Of a stretch of 64,000 nucleotides of DNA, positions 50,003 through 58,262 are shown in pieces (positions within the stretch are counted from its first letter, which is position 1; the number at the start of each line of letters is the position of its first letter). The DNA is from an uncultured delta proteobacterium (GTDB lineage Bacteria; Desulfobacterota; Binatia; UBA9968): NCBI GenBank assembly GCA_963737905.1, contig CAVTUQ010000011.1, forward strand, positions 1-64,000. The letters are read 5' to 3'. The translations under genes were made by a program, and so were the position numbers. The notes under the pieces were generated by a model. That model saw only the letters and a list, made by a program, of their open reading frames with translations, made no database searches and had not been told where the DNA came from.

Positions 50003-50281
50003 AATCTGTCCTGGTCGCCGCAAATATCCTGGGAGGGCTTCTAAAAAATCCTAACAGATATGTGAATTTTCGCTAGGGCTCAAAACGATCAAGGAGTACA
50101 AGCGCGCTGAATCCGAAGCCATTGAAGTGCAAAAGCGAATTGCGTGGGAGTAACTCCCAATAAACGCTAGACTAAGAACGATCCGAGATGGCGATTATGA
50201 GGAATCTCCGGCACCTGAAGAACGGCAAGTAATTGCCTTCTGCTGCTTGGTCGGAACCGGACATGAAGGAAAATGGTTTCG

Positions 50282-50434
50282 CTAATGTTGGCGTTTGAAG
50301 TACTGGACCGCCTGCTCATGCTTCTCAGCCGCGGCCCGTGTCTTGAAAGTGCCCAAGTTTCGGCGCTTGCCCGTCTTCGGATTCTTTTTTTTCGAGTAAA
50401 GGCGATACTCACCCGATGCTAGCCTGCGAATCAT
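50282..50434 (-). CDS. Small basic protein (50 aa, below the ORF-track cutoff)
   Basis: MIRRLASGEYRLYSKKKNPKTGKRRNLGTFKTRAAAEKHEQAVQYFKRQH. Confidence 0.75.
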   Translation of the reverse strand: MIRRLASGEYRLYSKKKNPKTGKRRNLGTFKTRAAAEKHEQAVQYFKRQH

Positions 50435-50469
50435 AAGCCCATACCAATTGGCAAAGTAGCTGAAAGAAG

Positions 50470-50507
50470 GGAGCAGCCGAAAAAGACAGTTCCTTTTCGG
50501 CTGCTCC
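50470..50507 (-). terminator. Hairpin, probable intrinsic terminator
   Basis: GGAGCAGCCGAAAA...TTTTCGGCTGCTCC 14-bp stem followed by CTTCTTTC on the minus strand. Confidence 0.65.
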
Positions 50508-50550
50508 GAATGCTGCTTCCATGAAATTGACTACTCAAACCCAACGAACC

Positions 50551-51003
50551 CTACTTCCGGGCGCCTGGAGGAAGACTTTGATCGTCGCCCGGCTGTTTCT
50601 GAGTCGGCTCTACGCTCTTTCCCGACGTCCCACTGGTCGACGGTTTTGAGCTGATCTTCACGCCCAGTTGCTCTGCGGTTTCTTGATCGACCATACCGGT
50701 CACCGTCAATCCTTTATCCTTCTGAAAAGCTCGAATCGCCGTGCGAAATTCATTGTCCGCAGCGCCGTCGATCTTGCCTACCTTATACCCCTTCGCTTGC
50801 AAAGCTTTCTCGACTACCCTTATATCATTTTTTGATAATTCGGGGGTTCCGGGCTCCGCACCGCGCGGGATATTCTGATCGGTCCCGGGTCGGGTCTGAT
50901 GAGTTGGTTTGTCGCTAGTAGCTTTTTGCGCCCATGCGGGACTCGATACGAAACCGACTGCCCCGCTGAGGATCATCGCTGTTATCACCGATTGTTTTTT
51001 CAT
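50551..51003 (-). CDS. Secreted peptidoglycan-binding domain protein
   Basis: Signal peptide; ALQAKGY..GKIDG...TAIRAFQKDKGLTVTG..DQET. Confidence 0.88.
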   Translation of the reverse strand: MKKQSVITAMILSGAVGFVSSPAWAQKATSDKPTHQTRPGTDQNIPRGAEPGTPELSKNDIRVVEKALQAKGYKVGKIDGAADNEFRTAIRAFQKDKGLTVTGMVDQETAEQLGVKISSKPSTSGTSGKSVEPTQKQPGDDQSLPPGARK

Positions 51004-51058
51004 TAATTTCTCCTTCTTCTAAAAATTTGTCTTCTAGGGAATCCCTGCTGATTAAAAA

Positions 51059-51074
51059 CGCAAGAGCTATGCCA
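51059..51074 (-). promoter_or_regulatory. sigma54 -24/-12 promoter
   Basis: TGGCAT-AGCTC-TTGCG on the minus strand. Confidence 0.8.
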
Positions 51075-51231
51075 GAGCATATCCTTTCGCTAGCGCGGTA
51101 AAAACCGGAAAGAAAAACGACATACAATAGGGAATCCGGTTTATGTGTCGGCTAATCGATGTCACTTTGTATCTCCGAGCCGTACTTGAATTTTGCGCTG
51201 CGAGAAACGGCGTAGCGCCGCTCGACCAGTT

Positions 51232-51483
51232 TTACTTATGCTGCTTTTTTTGTAGGATCGCCTTTGCCTTCTCCAATTCCCTCTTTCGAGTCATAGATAG
51301 ACTTTTGCCAGCTCGGTTAATGAAATATTGGATCATCCGGATGCCCGAACCGATGCCCTTAGGACTCACCCTCCCCTTCGCCATAGTCTTGGCGATCGTT
51401 TGCGCGTCTTTCGTGAATAAATCTTTGGGTGGATTAGTGGAAACCGTCTTTACCTTGCGGACCCATTTTTTCGGTTTAACCAT
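51232..51483 (-). CDS. DUF3175-family protein
   Basis: KKWVRKVKTVST.PPKDLFT...MIQYFINRAGKSL...ELEKAK. Confidence 0.8.
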   Translation of the reverse strand: MVKPKKWVRKVKTVSTNPPKDLFTKDAQTIAKTMAKGRVSPKGIGSGIRMIQYFINRAGKSLSMTRKRELEKAKAILQKKQHK

Positions 51484-51545
51484 CGCGCTATCTGTGGGGT
51501 TGCATCTTTGGTTTGGGTCGTTAGGTCCAGCCTGAAAGGTCACCT

Positions 51546-51794
51546 TCAAATTCGCTCATGCGAAGGTTTATGCCTGCCGATCCATTCCTGACCCTTGTCG
51601 ACAACCTTTTCGGCGCCGTCGCGAAGTTTGTCCGCCTGTTGGTTCAGATAATCCATTCCTTCATTGGTGCGGCGGCGAATATCCTCTCGGATCTCTTCGC
51701 CGGAGCGCGGAGCCAGCAATAAACCGGCCGCCAGGCCAATGCCTATGCCGATCAAAAGATAGGGAACTCCGCTCCCTTCATCGTTCCTAAACAT
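51546..51794 (-). CDS. YtxH-domain protein
   Basis: GIGIGLAAGLLLAPRSGEEIREDI. Confidence 0.88.
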   Translation of the reverse strand: MFRNDEGSGVPYLLIGIGIGLAAGLLLAPRSGEEIREDIRRRTNEGMDYLNQQADKLRDGAEKVVDKGQEWIGRHKPSHERI

Positions 51795-51826
51795 CTTTGT
51801 TCCTTTCCATCTATTTTGCTTAGACG

Positions 51827-52141
51827 CTATGATTGTTTCTGCACTTGAAGATTATTCTTGACACTTTTCACTCCGCCGACTTGACGGGCGAGTTGTTCGG
51901 CCTTGGCCTTCTGATCCGCGGATTCAACGATCCCATTGAGCGTAACGACCTGGTTGGTGGTATCGACGTCAATGCGCGTCAGGTTCGCGGTCTTTTCTCC
52001 CACCAGTTTGGCCTTTACCGAAGCGGTAATAGTCGAATCATCCATGTACTGACCTGCGGTCTCGCCCGTCATGGAGGTGCACCCGCTCACCACCAACAGG
52101 GCCGCTAATACCATCGACGATATCCTTAATCGTTTTATCAT
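51827..52141 (-). CDS. BON-domain lipoprotein (OsmY-like)
   Basis: Lipobox VSGC; DDSTITASVKAKL...VTLNGIV...GVKSVKNNL. Confidence 0.92.
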   Translation of the reverse strand: MIKRLRISSMVLAALLVVSGCTSMTGETAGQYMDDSTITASVKAKLVGEKTANLTRIDVDTTNQVVTLNGIVESADQKAKAEQLARQVGGVKSVKNNLQVQKQS

Positions 52142-52197
52142 TTTTCATTCCTCCTTTTCTTGGACTTACCTTCTTGTTAATAGAGCGAAATGACTCG

Positions 52198-52350
52198 TCA
52201 TACGCGACCCATAACGAGCAGTAGGATCAATACGACTAAAATAAGCCCCAGACCACCGCTCGGGTAATAACCCCAGCCCGAGCTATAGGGCCAGGTCGGC
52301 AATGCTCCGACCAGAAGCAAAACGAGGATGATCAACAAGATTGTTCCCAT
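52198..52350 (-). CDS. DUF3309-family small membrane protein
   Basis: ILVLLLVGALPTWPYSSGWGYYPSGGLG; RBS AAGGAGG. Confidence 0.9.
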   Translation of the reverse strand: MGTILLIILVLLLVGALPTWPYSSGWGYYPSGGLGLILVVLILLLVMGRV

Positions 52351-52488
52351 AAGACCTCCTTTCCATATCTCGATAAAAAACCCCATGATTTTTATTTTGG
52401 ACTCGCGATAACGTGAGCACACACTCGGGCCTTCTCCACGAACTCTCCTCCGTCCGCATCCTCCCCCCGGGCGGGAGAAGTCCGATGA

Positions 52489-52725
52489 TTAAATGGCTCT
52501 TGTTTTCCGGGCGGCTTCCGCATCCGTCTCCTGGCGTTCGAACCATTGGTCCGCCCAGCGGCTTACCTCTTGTTTTTTGTCGCCGTAACGGGCTTGCAAA
52601 GTTCCCTGGAACTTTTGATAGTCGCCTTCGATCTGCAGCAAATCGTCATCGGTAAATTGTCCCCATTGCTTTTTTAGCTCGCCTTTAAATTGAGTCCACC
52701 TACCCTTAAATTGATCTTTGTTCAT
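52489..52725 (-). CDS. CsbD-family protein
   Basis: MNKDQFKGRWTQFKGELKKQWGQFTDDDL...LQARYG. Confidence 0.92.
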   Translation of the reverse strand: MNKDQFKGRWTQFKGELKKQWGQFTDDDLLQIEGDYQKFQGTLQARYGDKKQEVSRWADQWFERQETDAEAARKTRAI

Positions 52726-52791
52726 AACGGCTCCTTTCTGGTTTTGTCTTCGTGTTTTTGTTTTTTTCTACGTCTTGTGATCTCGAGATTA

Positions 52792-52807
52792 CCCAAAGCA
52801 TGTGCCA
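52792..52807 (-). promoter_or_regulatory. sigma54-like promoter (imperfect -12)
   Basis: TGGCAC-ATGCT-TTGGG on the minus strand, 66 bp before csbD. Confidence 0.5.
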
Positions 52808-53501
52808 ACCGAGCGAAGGAGGGGATCGCTGTTGTTTTGTAAAGATTTATTTCGTGCTGGATCGTGAGCGATCCATCTTTGTCCGAGCTTCGCGCACAAG
52901 GTGGAAGAAAAAAACAGACGCTAGCGTTGGATGCTCTAAACACAACTATCGCGATGCGAGCGATGTCTATTGAGTAAGTGGATTGTCAGAAACCGGACGG
53001 AAGTTTTTCTGTGTGCTCCAGAAAGATGTTGAATCAAAAAACGGTTCGTTGAGAGGCAGCGCCTTGTGCATGATTTTTGCTGTTGTCACAGATTGCCTCC
53101 TTTTTGAATTCCTGTGCGATGAGGCGATGGTGGTTTTTGTCGCCGAAAATTCAGCTGTAGATTAGAACTTTAGGGCCGCTTCTCTCTTTTTACGGGCCGC
53201 GAAGAAATAAAAGGCCGGTATTTGGCGACCTTAGAGAATAGGTTCATCAGCGGCTTAGGTTTTAAGACAAACCCATGGTATGAGAGTGGTCCGGATTATT
53301 GTGCGCATTTTAGATACAAAATAAGTATGATATCTAGGACAGCCACGCGCTATTGGTGGAGCATTACGGTAGTGGCTAAAAATTGGGAATATTGAAAGAG
53401 GAGACCGATTTCGTTAGAGCGTATTGAAGTAGGCTCATTAGAGGTGAATAGATAGTCTATCCGACGAGCGGCTAACCCATGGCCGCAAGAGAGAAAAGCC
53501 A

Positions 53502-54959
53502 ATGAGTAAAGAAAACGGACAGCCCCTGAGAGCGGGAAAACTGTTAGTGGTCGATGACGACAGCAATCTCGTAGAGCTTGTTTCTATGAAGCTTCAGGCG
53601 GCGAACTATGAGGTGGCCACCGCCCTTAAGGAGGAAGAGGCCCTCAAAGCCGCCACCAGCGATGTCTTTGACCTTTGTATTGTCGATCTTAAGCTTTCCG
53701 GGCGAAACGGGATCTCTCTAATGACGGAACTGCACTCGGTCAACCCCGAGATGCCGGTCATTATACTGACCGGTCATGCCAGCGTGGAAAGCGCTGTGGA
53801 GGCGATGAAGAAGGGGGCCTACAGCTACCTGACCAAACCCTTTAACACCCCCGAACTATTGTTACAGATCGAGCGGGCGTTGGAGAACCGCCGGCTGAAC
53901 TCTGAGATCCAAAGACTGAAGGAGCTTTTGGAGGAGCGATACGATTTTACGAACATCATTGCGAGAAGTGAAGGGATGCGAAAGGTCCTCGACGTGGTCT
54001 CGCGCATCGCCTGTACCGAATCGACGGTATTTCTGCAGGGGGAGAGCGGCACGGGCAAGGAAATCGTGGCCAAGGCCATCCATCTCGCGAGTTCACGGAA
54101 AAATAAACCCTTTGTGGCCATCAATTGTGCGGCCCTGCCCGCAACCTTGCTCGAAAGCGAGCTTTTCGGTCATGAAAAAGGGTCGTTCACGGGCGCCAAC
54201 CGAAGCACGAAGGGCCTGCTCAGCCAGGCCGATGGAGGCACGATCTTCTTAGATGAAATCGGCGATATGCCGGCTTCCCTTCAGGCTAAACTCTTGCGCG
54301 TGTTGCAGGAGCGTGAATTTTATCCCGTGGGCAGCGAGAAGCCGGTTCAAGTCGATGTCCGCATCATCACCGCCACCAATAAGGATCTGCAGGCTGAGGT
54401 CAAAGAAGGCCATTTCCGCGAGGATTTGTTTTACCGGCTTCACGTGATTCCGATTCATCTGCCGCCGCTTCGCGAGCGAAAGGAAGATATCCCGCATTTG
54501 GCCAACCATTTTCTAAAAATCATTTCCCAGCAGATGAAAAAAGAGGTCAAGGGTATTACCCCCCAAGCGATGCAGAAGCTCATGCTTCACGATTGGCCGG
54601 GCAACGTCCGGGAACTGGAAAATTGCTTGGAATATGCCGTGGCGATGACCCCCCTGGATACGATTACCGAAGAGTTTGTCCTCCAGACCCGGCCCTCTAC
54701 CCCGGCGCTATCCCCGCAACAAGAAACCGGCCCCCAGATGCACATCGCGCTCAACGGGCCGGTCAAATCTTACAGGGATGCCCGCTATCTATTTGAAAGG
54801 GATTATCTGGTTAGGCTCCTGGAGCTTTGCGGCGGCAAAGCCAGCGAGGCGGCAAAACTCGCCGGCAAGTGCCGCACCGACTTCTATGAGCTACTTCGAA
54901 AACACGAGATCAAGATCGAAAATTTCAAGGCCGCCCCCAACGTAGCCCATACGGAGTGA
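53502..54959 (+). CDS. sigma54-dependent response regulator (REC-AAA+-HTH; GlrR/NtrC-like)
   Basis: GESGTGKE, ESELFGHEKGSFTGA, FLDEIGD and WPGNVRELEN; HTH AAKLAGKCRTDFYELL. Confidence 0.93.
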   Translation: MSKENGQPLRAGKLLVVDDDSNLVELVSMKLQAANYEVATALKEEEALKAATSDVFDLCIVDLKLSGRNGISLMTELHSVNPEMPVIILTGHASVESAVEAMKKGAYSYLTKPFNTPELLLQIERALENRRLNSEIQRLKELLEERYDFTNIIARSEGMRKVLDVVSRIACTESTVFLQGESGTGKEIVAKAIHLASSRKNKPFVAINCAALPATLLESELFGHEKGSFTGANRSTKGLLSQADGGTIFLDEIGDMPASLQAKLLRVLQEREFYPVGSEKPVQVDVRIITATNKDLQAEVKEGHFREDLFYRLHVIPIHLPPLRERKEDIPHLANHFLKIISQQMKKEVKGITPQAMQKLMLHDWPGNVRELENCLEYAVAMTPLDTITEEFVLQTRPSTPALSPQQETGPQMHIALNGPVKSYRDARYLFERDYLVRLLELCGGKASEAAKLAGKCRTDFYELLRKHEIKIENFKAAPNVAHTE

Positions 54960-54987
54960 CGCTCAGGGAGAAACCTCCGGAGTCTCC

Positions 54988-55497
54988 TCAAAGAAAAACA
55001 CTGATATTTTTCGCTCTCAAAACCGCTTGGTCTAGAAGAATCATTCGTCGAGCGATCTTTAGTCCGCCGTTTACGTGCCGCAGGACATCTTTTCTTGCTC
55101 CGACAAAGAAATCTTCATCCTTCTCCATGCGCGTGCGATAGACAATAAAGTTTGAATCGACTTCCAATTGGGTGCCGTCGTCTTTTCTTATTCGAATATT
55201 CGAAATCAGATGGCGAGTACGCGAGGGAGGCATTTCAGCCCAGGCGCTCTTTGAGTAAAACCTCTCGACTCTTATCCGAAGAGTTTCTTTACTATCGTTG
55301 AAATAATAGCTCTCGCCCGGTCTGGATAACTCTTCGGCCATCTCCTTGGGCCGGTCCAAGGGATTGAAGCGGACGGGCATCCAGTAATGAGTGTCGTCGG
55401 TGAAGAGCTCGAGCCATTCCCGTAGCCGTCGCTCGTCCAACAGGTCGGCTTCCAGGTACAAAAAATCTTCGACCCTATGGCGCAGGTCGCTATCCAT
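54988..55497 (-). CDS. Aromatic-ring-hydroxylating dioxygenase beta subunit
   Basis: FLYLEADLLD, YWMP, WAEMPPSRTRHLISN and LKIARR. Confidence 0.92.
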   Translation of the reverse strand: MDSDLRHRVEDFLYLEADLLDERRLREWLELFTDDTHYWMPVRFNPLDRPKEMAEELSRPGESYYFNDSKETLRIRVERFYSKSAWAEMPPSRTRHLISNIRIRKDDGTQLEVDSNFIVYRTRMEKDEDFFVGARKDVLRHVNGGLKIARRMILLDQAVLRAKNISVFL

Positions 55498-56776
55498 GTT
55501 TCGCGCTGTTGAGCTCGCGCCAGCTCTTCGCCTCGAGCACCTTGGCCCAATGCATGTAGAGGCTCAACTGGTTCGAATCGCTCCATCGGCTGGCTAACCG
55601 CCCCGGCAAATCGCTCTCCGTAATCTCCTCGCTTACGCCCATTTGATAGTTCGCCGGGAAGCGTCTGCCGATCACGCTGCGCGCCGCGGCGGTCACCTGA
55701 ATCCAATTGTCCATATCGTCTTGTTCAAACACCCCTGTAGGGCTGAAACGATACTGCGAGACGAAGCGCATCACGTCCTTGATGTTCGCGGGCGCCGTTT
55801 TATCGACAATGGCCCAGCTCCAAATCTCCATTTTGTCCGGCCCCCGTGGATGCCACACACGAAGGGTGCGGGTGAGCCAGTGAATCGACAGATTGGGGAA
55901 AACCGTTCCCGCCGAGGGCGCCACCTTGCGCGCTCGGGTAGCACCCAATCGGCTTTCAATCTCCGGAGTATGTTCTTTCATATATTCCACCAGCTCGACA
56001 ACCGGCTGCGCAAACCAGGGACCCGCATCATCCGGCGGACAGATCCACGCCACCAGAACGTGACCGTTGCCACAAGAAATCTGGCGGCCCTTGTTCCATT
56101 TTCTCGTCTCGCTCGTCGTCGTATCGATGCCCAGCTCCCGCGCCGAGCCGTGGGTACTAGCGATGTGATATCCATCGCCGCCAAAGTTTTCCGCTGCCGT
56201 TTTCCAGTTGGCATCCACCACCCAACGGTGCGGCCCGCTTACCTCCGTGCCCCCTTCCCTCCGGTCCAGAAGAATATCCAGGTACCAAGCCATGTCGCCA
56301 AGATATTCCGCCAAAGTCGGTGCCTCGGGATCGAAAGTCGCAAAGATCAATCCCTTGTAGCTGTCGAGTTGCGCGACCGGAATCAATCCCCATCGATCTC
56401 GATCCAGGTCGCGGAAAGCCTCGGCCATCGGCACGATGGCAAGCTTGCCCTCCGTGGAGTAGGTCCAGCCGTGATAGGAACAGGTGAAAAGTTTGGCGTT
56501 ACCCCGGTCGGCACGGCACACTCGGTTACCCCGGTGGCGGCAGAGGTTCAAAAAGGCGCGGAGACGCCCGGTTAGATCGCGGCACAAGATGACCGGCTCT
56601 TCCCCCATATACGCCGTGACGAAATCACCCGGATTGGGAACCTCGCTTTCGTGGCCGAGATAGAGCCAACAGCGGGCGAAGAGCCGCTCGCGTTCCAGCT
56701 CGTAGATCTCAGGGTCGGCAAAAATCCGCCGGTTTACGAGACCGGCTTCTGGATCGACAAGCGTCTTGATCTTCAT
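55490..56776 (-). CDS. Aromatic-ring-hydroxylating dioxygenase alpha subunit
   Basis: NLCRHRG, CSYHGW, NWKTAAENFGGDGYHIASTH and EQDDMDNW. Confidence 0.93.
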   Translation of the reverse strand: MKIKTLVDPEAGLVNRRIFADPEIYELERERLFARCWLYLGHESEVPNPGDFVTAYMGEEPVILCRDLTGRLRAFLNLCRHRGNRVCRADRGNAKLFTCSYHGWTYSTEGKLAIVPMAEAFRDLDRDRWGLIPVAQLDSYKGLIFATFDPEAPTLAEYLGDMAWYLDILLDRREGGTEVSGPHRWVVDANWKTAAENFGGDGYHIASTHGSARELGIDTTTSETRKWNKGRQISCGNGHVLVAWICPPDDAGPWFAQPVVELVEYMKEHTPEIESRLGATRARKVAPSAGTVFPNLSIHWLTRTLRVWHPRGPDKMEIWSWAIVDKTAPANIKDVMRFVSQYRFSPTGVFEQDDMDNWIQVTAAARSVIGRRFPANYQMGVSEEITESDLPGRLASRWSDSNQLSLYMHWAKVLEAKSWRELNSAKHG

Positions 56777-56795
56777 TCGATGCTTCCTTTCGAAT

Positions 56796-56832
56796 CCATC
56801 ACTCCATTACTCCATCATTCCAATACTCCAGT
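56796..56832 (+). repeat. ACTCCA-type 8-bp tandem repeat
   Basis: TCCATCACTCCATTACTCCATCATTCCAATACTCCA; related sequence at 59977-60030. Confidence 0.7.
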
Positions 56833-56833
56833 C

Positions 56834-57874
56834 TTAGTCCTCCACAACCGAGACCGCAGCTTCGACTCCTTTTTTCGCCAGCTCCTGCAAGTACTCGCGA
56901 TGAATCTCGGGCGGTTCTTCTTCCATGGGGATCATTGTCCATAGCGGATTGCGAAACCGGTCGTGGCTATATTTTGGGCTGTCTCCCCGCATGGCGAAGT
57001 GGCGCATGGTTCCCTTCCCGGTATTGAAATGACCGTGCCACATGAGGTCTCCGGGCGAATAGACCGTGCCGACGTGAAACTCGTGTCGCACCCGGGGTTC
57101 GCCGTCTTTCCAGAGCATCACGTAGCCTTCTCCCTGGGTGATGATGATCACGGCCCCGGGACCGTGGCGGTGAAAAGTGCTGCGGGACCCGGGGGGAAAC
57201 TCCGACACGTGACAGCCGTAGGTGGTGTCCGCCAGGGTGTAACGCATGTGTTTTACACCGTTGCCCTTCATCGGAAAATCATCGAGCACGAACTGATTGA
57301 CATCCGGAACCAGATTGGTTTCCCAATATCGGTCCGCCATATGTTTATTAAAGCGCAGAAACTCCTGCCCATCATGAAAACGGTCGCGGAAGTTAAACGG
57401 GTTGCGAAAGATAAAATCTTCATTGTGAAAAATATTGATCATGCGCGGGCAGGTGGTTCCGGCAAACAATCGGACCGGTTCGTCCCGGGAGCCGTTGAAA
57501 TGTTGGTAAGAGGAGTTCAAGGGAATGGCGAAGACCGCACCCGGTCCCCACTCGAAGGTCACTTTAGCGGTTCCCTCTTGCCACACCGAAGTGGCGCCCC
57601 GTCCTTTGACAATATAGATGATCTCTTCAAAGAGGTGGCGCTGGGGTAGAGTTTGGCTGCCGGGCGGGATTTCACAGACATAGACGTCGGTTTGTTGTTG
57701 GTTGGCGAGATTGAGAAAGCAACCCGCGGCTCCCATTCTTTCCCAGCGGCCAAGCTCTAGTTCCATCACGTCGCTGACGACGTGCCCCCGGATGATTGGA
57801 ATTCCTTCCTTGGCCTGCAGCTGATCGTAAGGCGTCGGTCCAAAGTCGAGATGCTCCCGAAAAGGCAAAAGCAT
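56834..57874 (-). CDS. Bicupin protein
   Basis: QRHLFEEIIYIVKGRG and FHRHGPGAVII...WHGHFNTG. Confidence 0.85.
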   Translation of the reverse strand: MLLPFREHLDFGPTPYDQLQAKEGIPIIRGHVVSDVMELELGRWERMGAAGCFLNLANQQQTDVYVCEIPPGSQTLPQRHLFEEIIYIVKGRGATSVWQEGTAKVTFEWGPGAVFAIPLNSSYQHFNGSRDEPVRLFAGTTCPRMINIFHNEDFIFRNPFNFRDRFHDGQEFLRFNKHMADRYWETNLVPDVNQFVLDDFPMKGNGVKHMRYTLADTTYGCHVSEFPPGSRSTFHRHGPGAVIIITQGEGYVMLWKDGEPRVRHEFHVGTVYSPGDLMWHGHFNTGKGTMRHFAMRGDSPKYSHDRFRNPLWTMIPMEEEPPEIHREYLQELAKKGVEAAVSVVED

Positions 57875-58098
57875 GTTTGAGTCTCCTCCGCAGTTTCACA
57901 TTTGTAAGCACAATCGTCCACCGGAGACAACCGATTCGCGATCTTGAGTATTGCGTGTCGAGGTTTGCTCGAACACTCACTGTCGCCGCCACTTTTTAGA
58001 GCAGTAACTGCATAAAAATTAGACTCCGCACTACCCCAAACGGAACCATCTGAACTGCCAACCACTCATCGCGCAAGTAAAATCACGAAAGTGACTCT

Positions 58099-58114
58099 TG
58101 GTACGTTTTCTGCT
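58099..58114 (+). promoter_or_regulatory. sigma54 -24/-12 promoter
   Basis: TGGTAC-GTTTT-CTGCT. Confidence 0.65.
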
Positions 58115-58262
58115 CCTTAACCGATAAGTCAGCACGGAGGAGGTCCAATCCCTCCTGAGACTTTCTCCAACTCACCGCGGAGATGGTATTCGCTGCCGTC
58201 TCCCGGTGAGAAAATTTTCTGGCCAAATGGAAAACAACGCGTTAGGAGATTGAGACTCCTCG

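Noticed and set aside
55643-57649. Long plus-strand ORFs (310 and 228 aa)
   Set aside because: Antisense shadows of the dioxygenase and cupin genes
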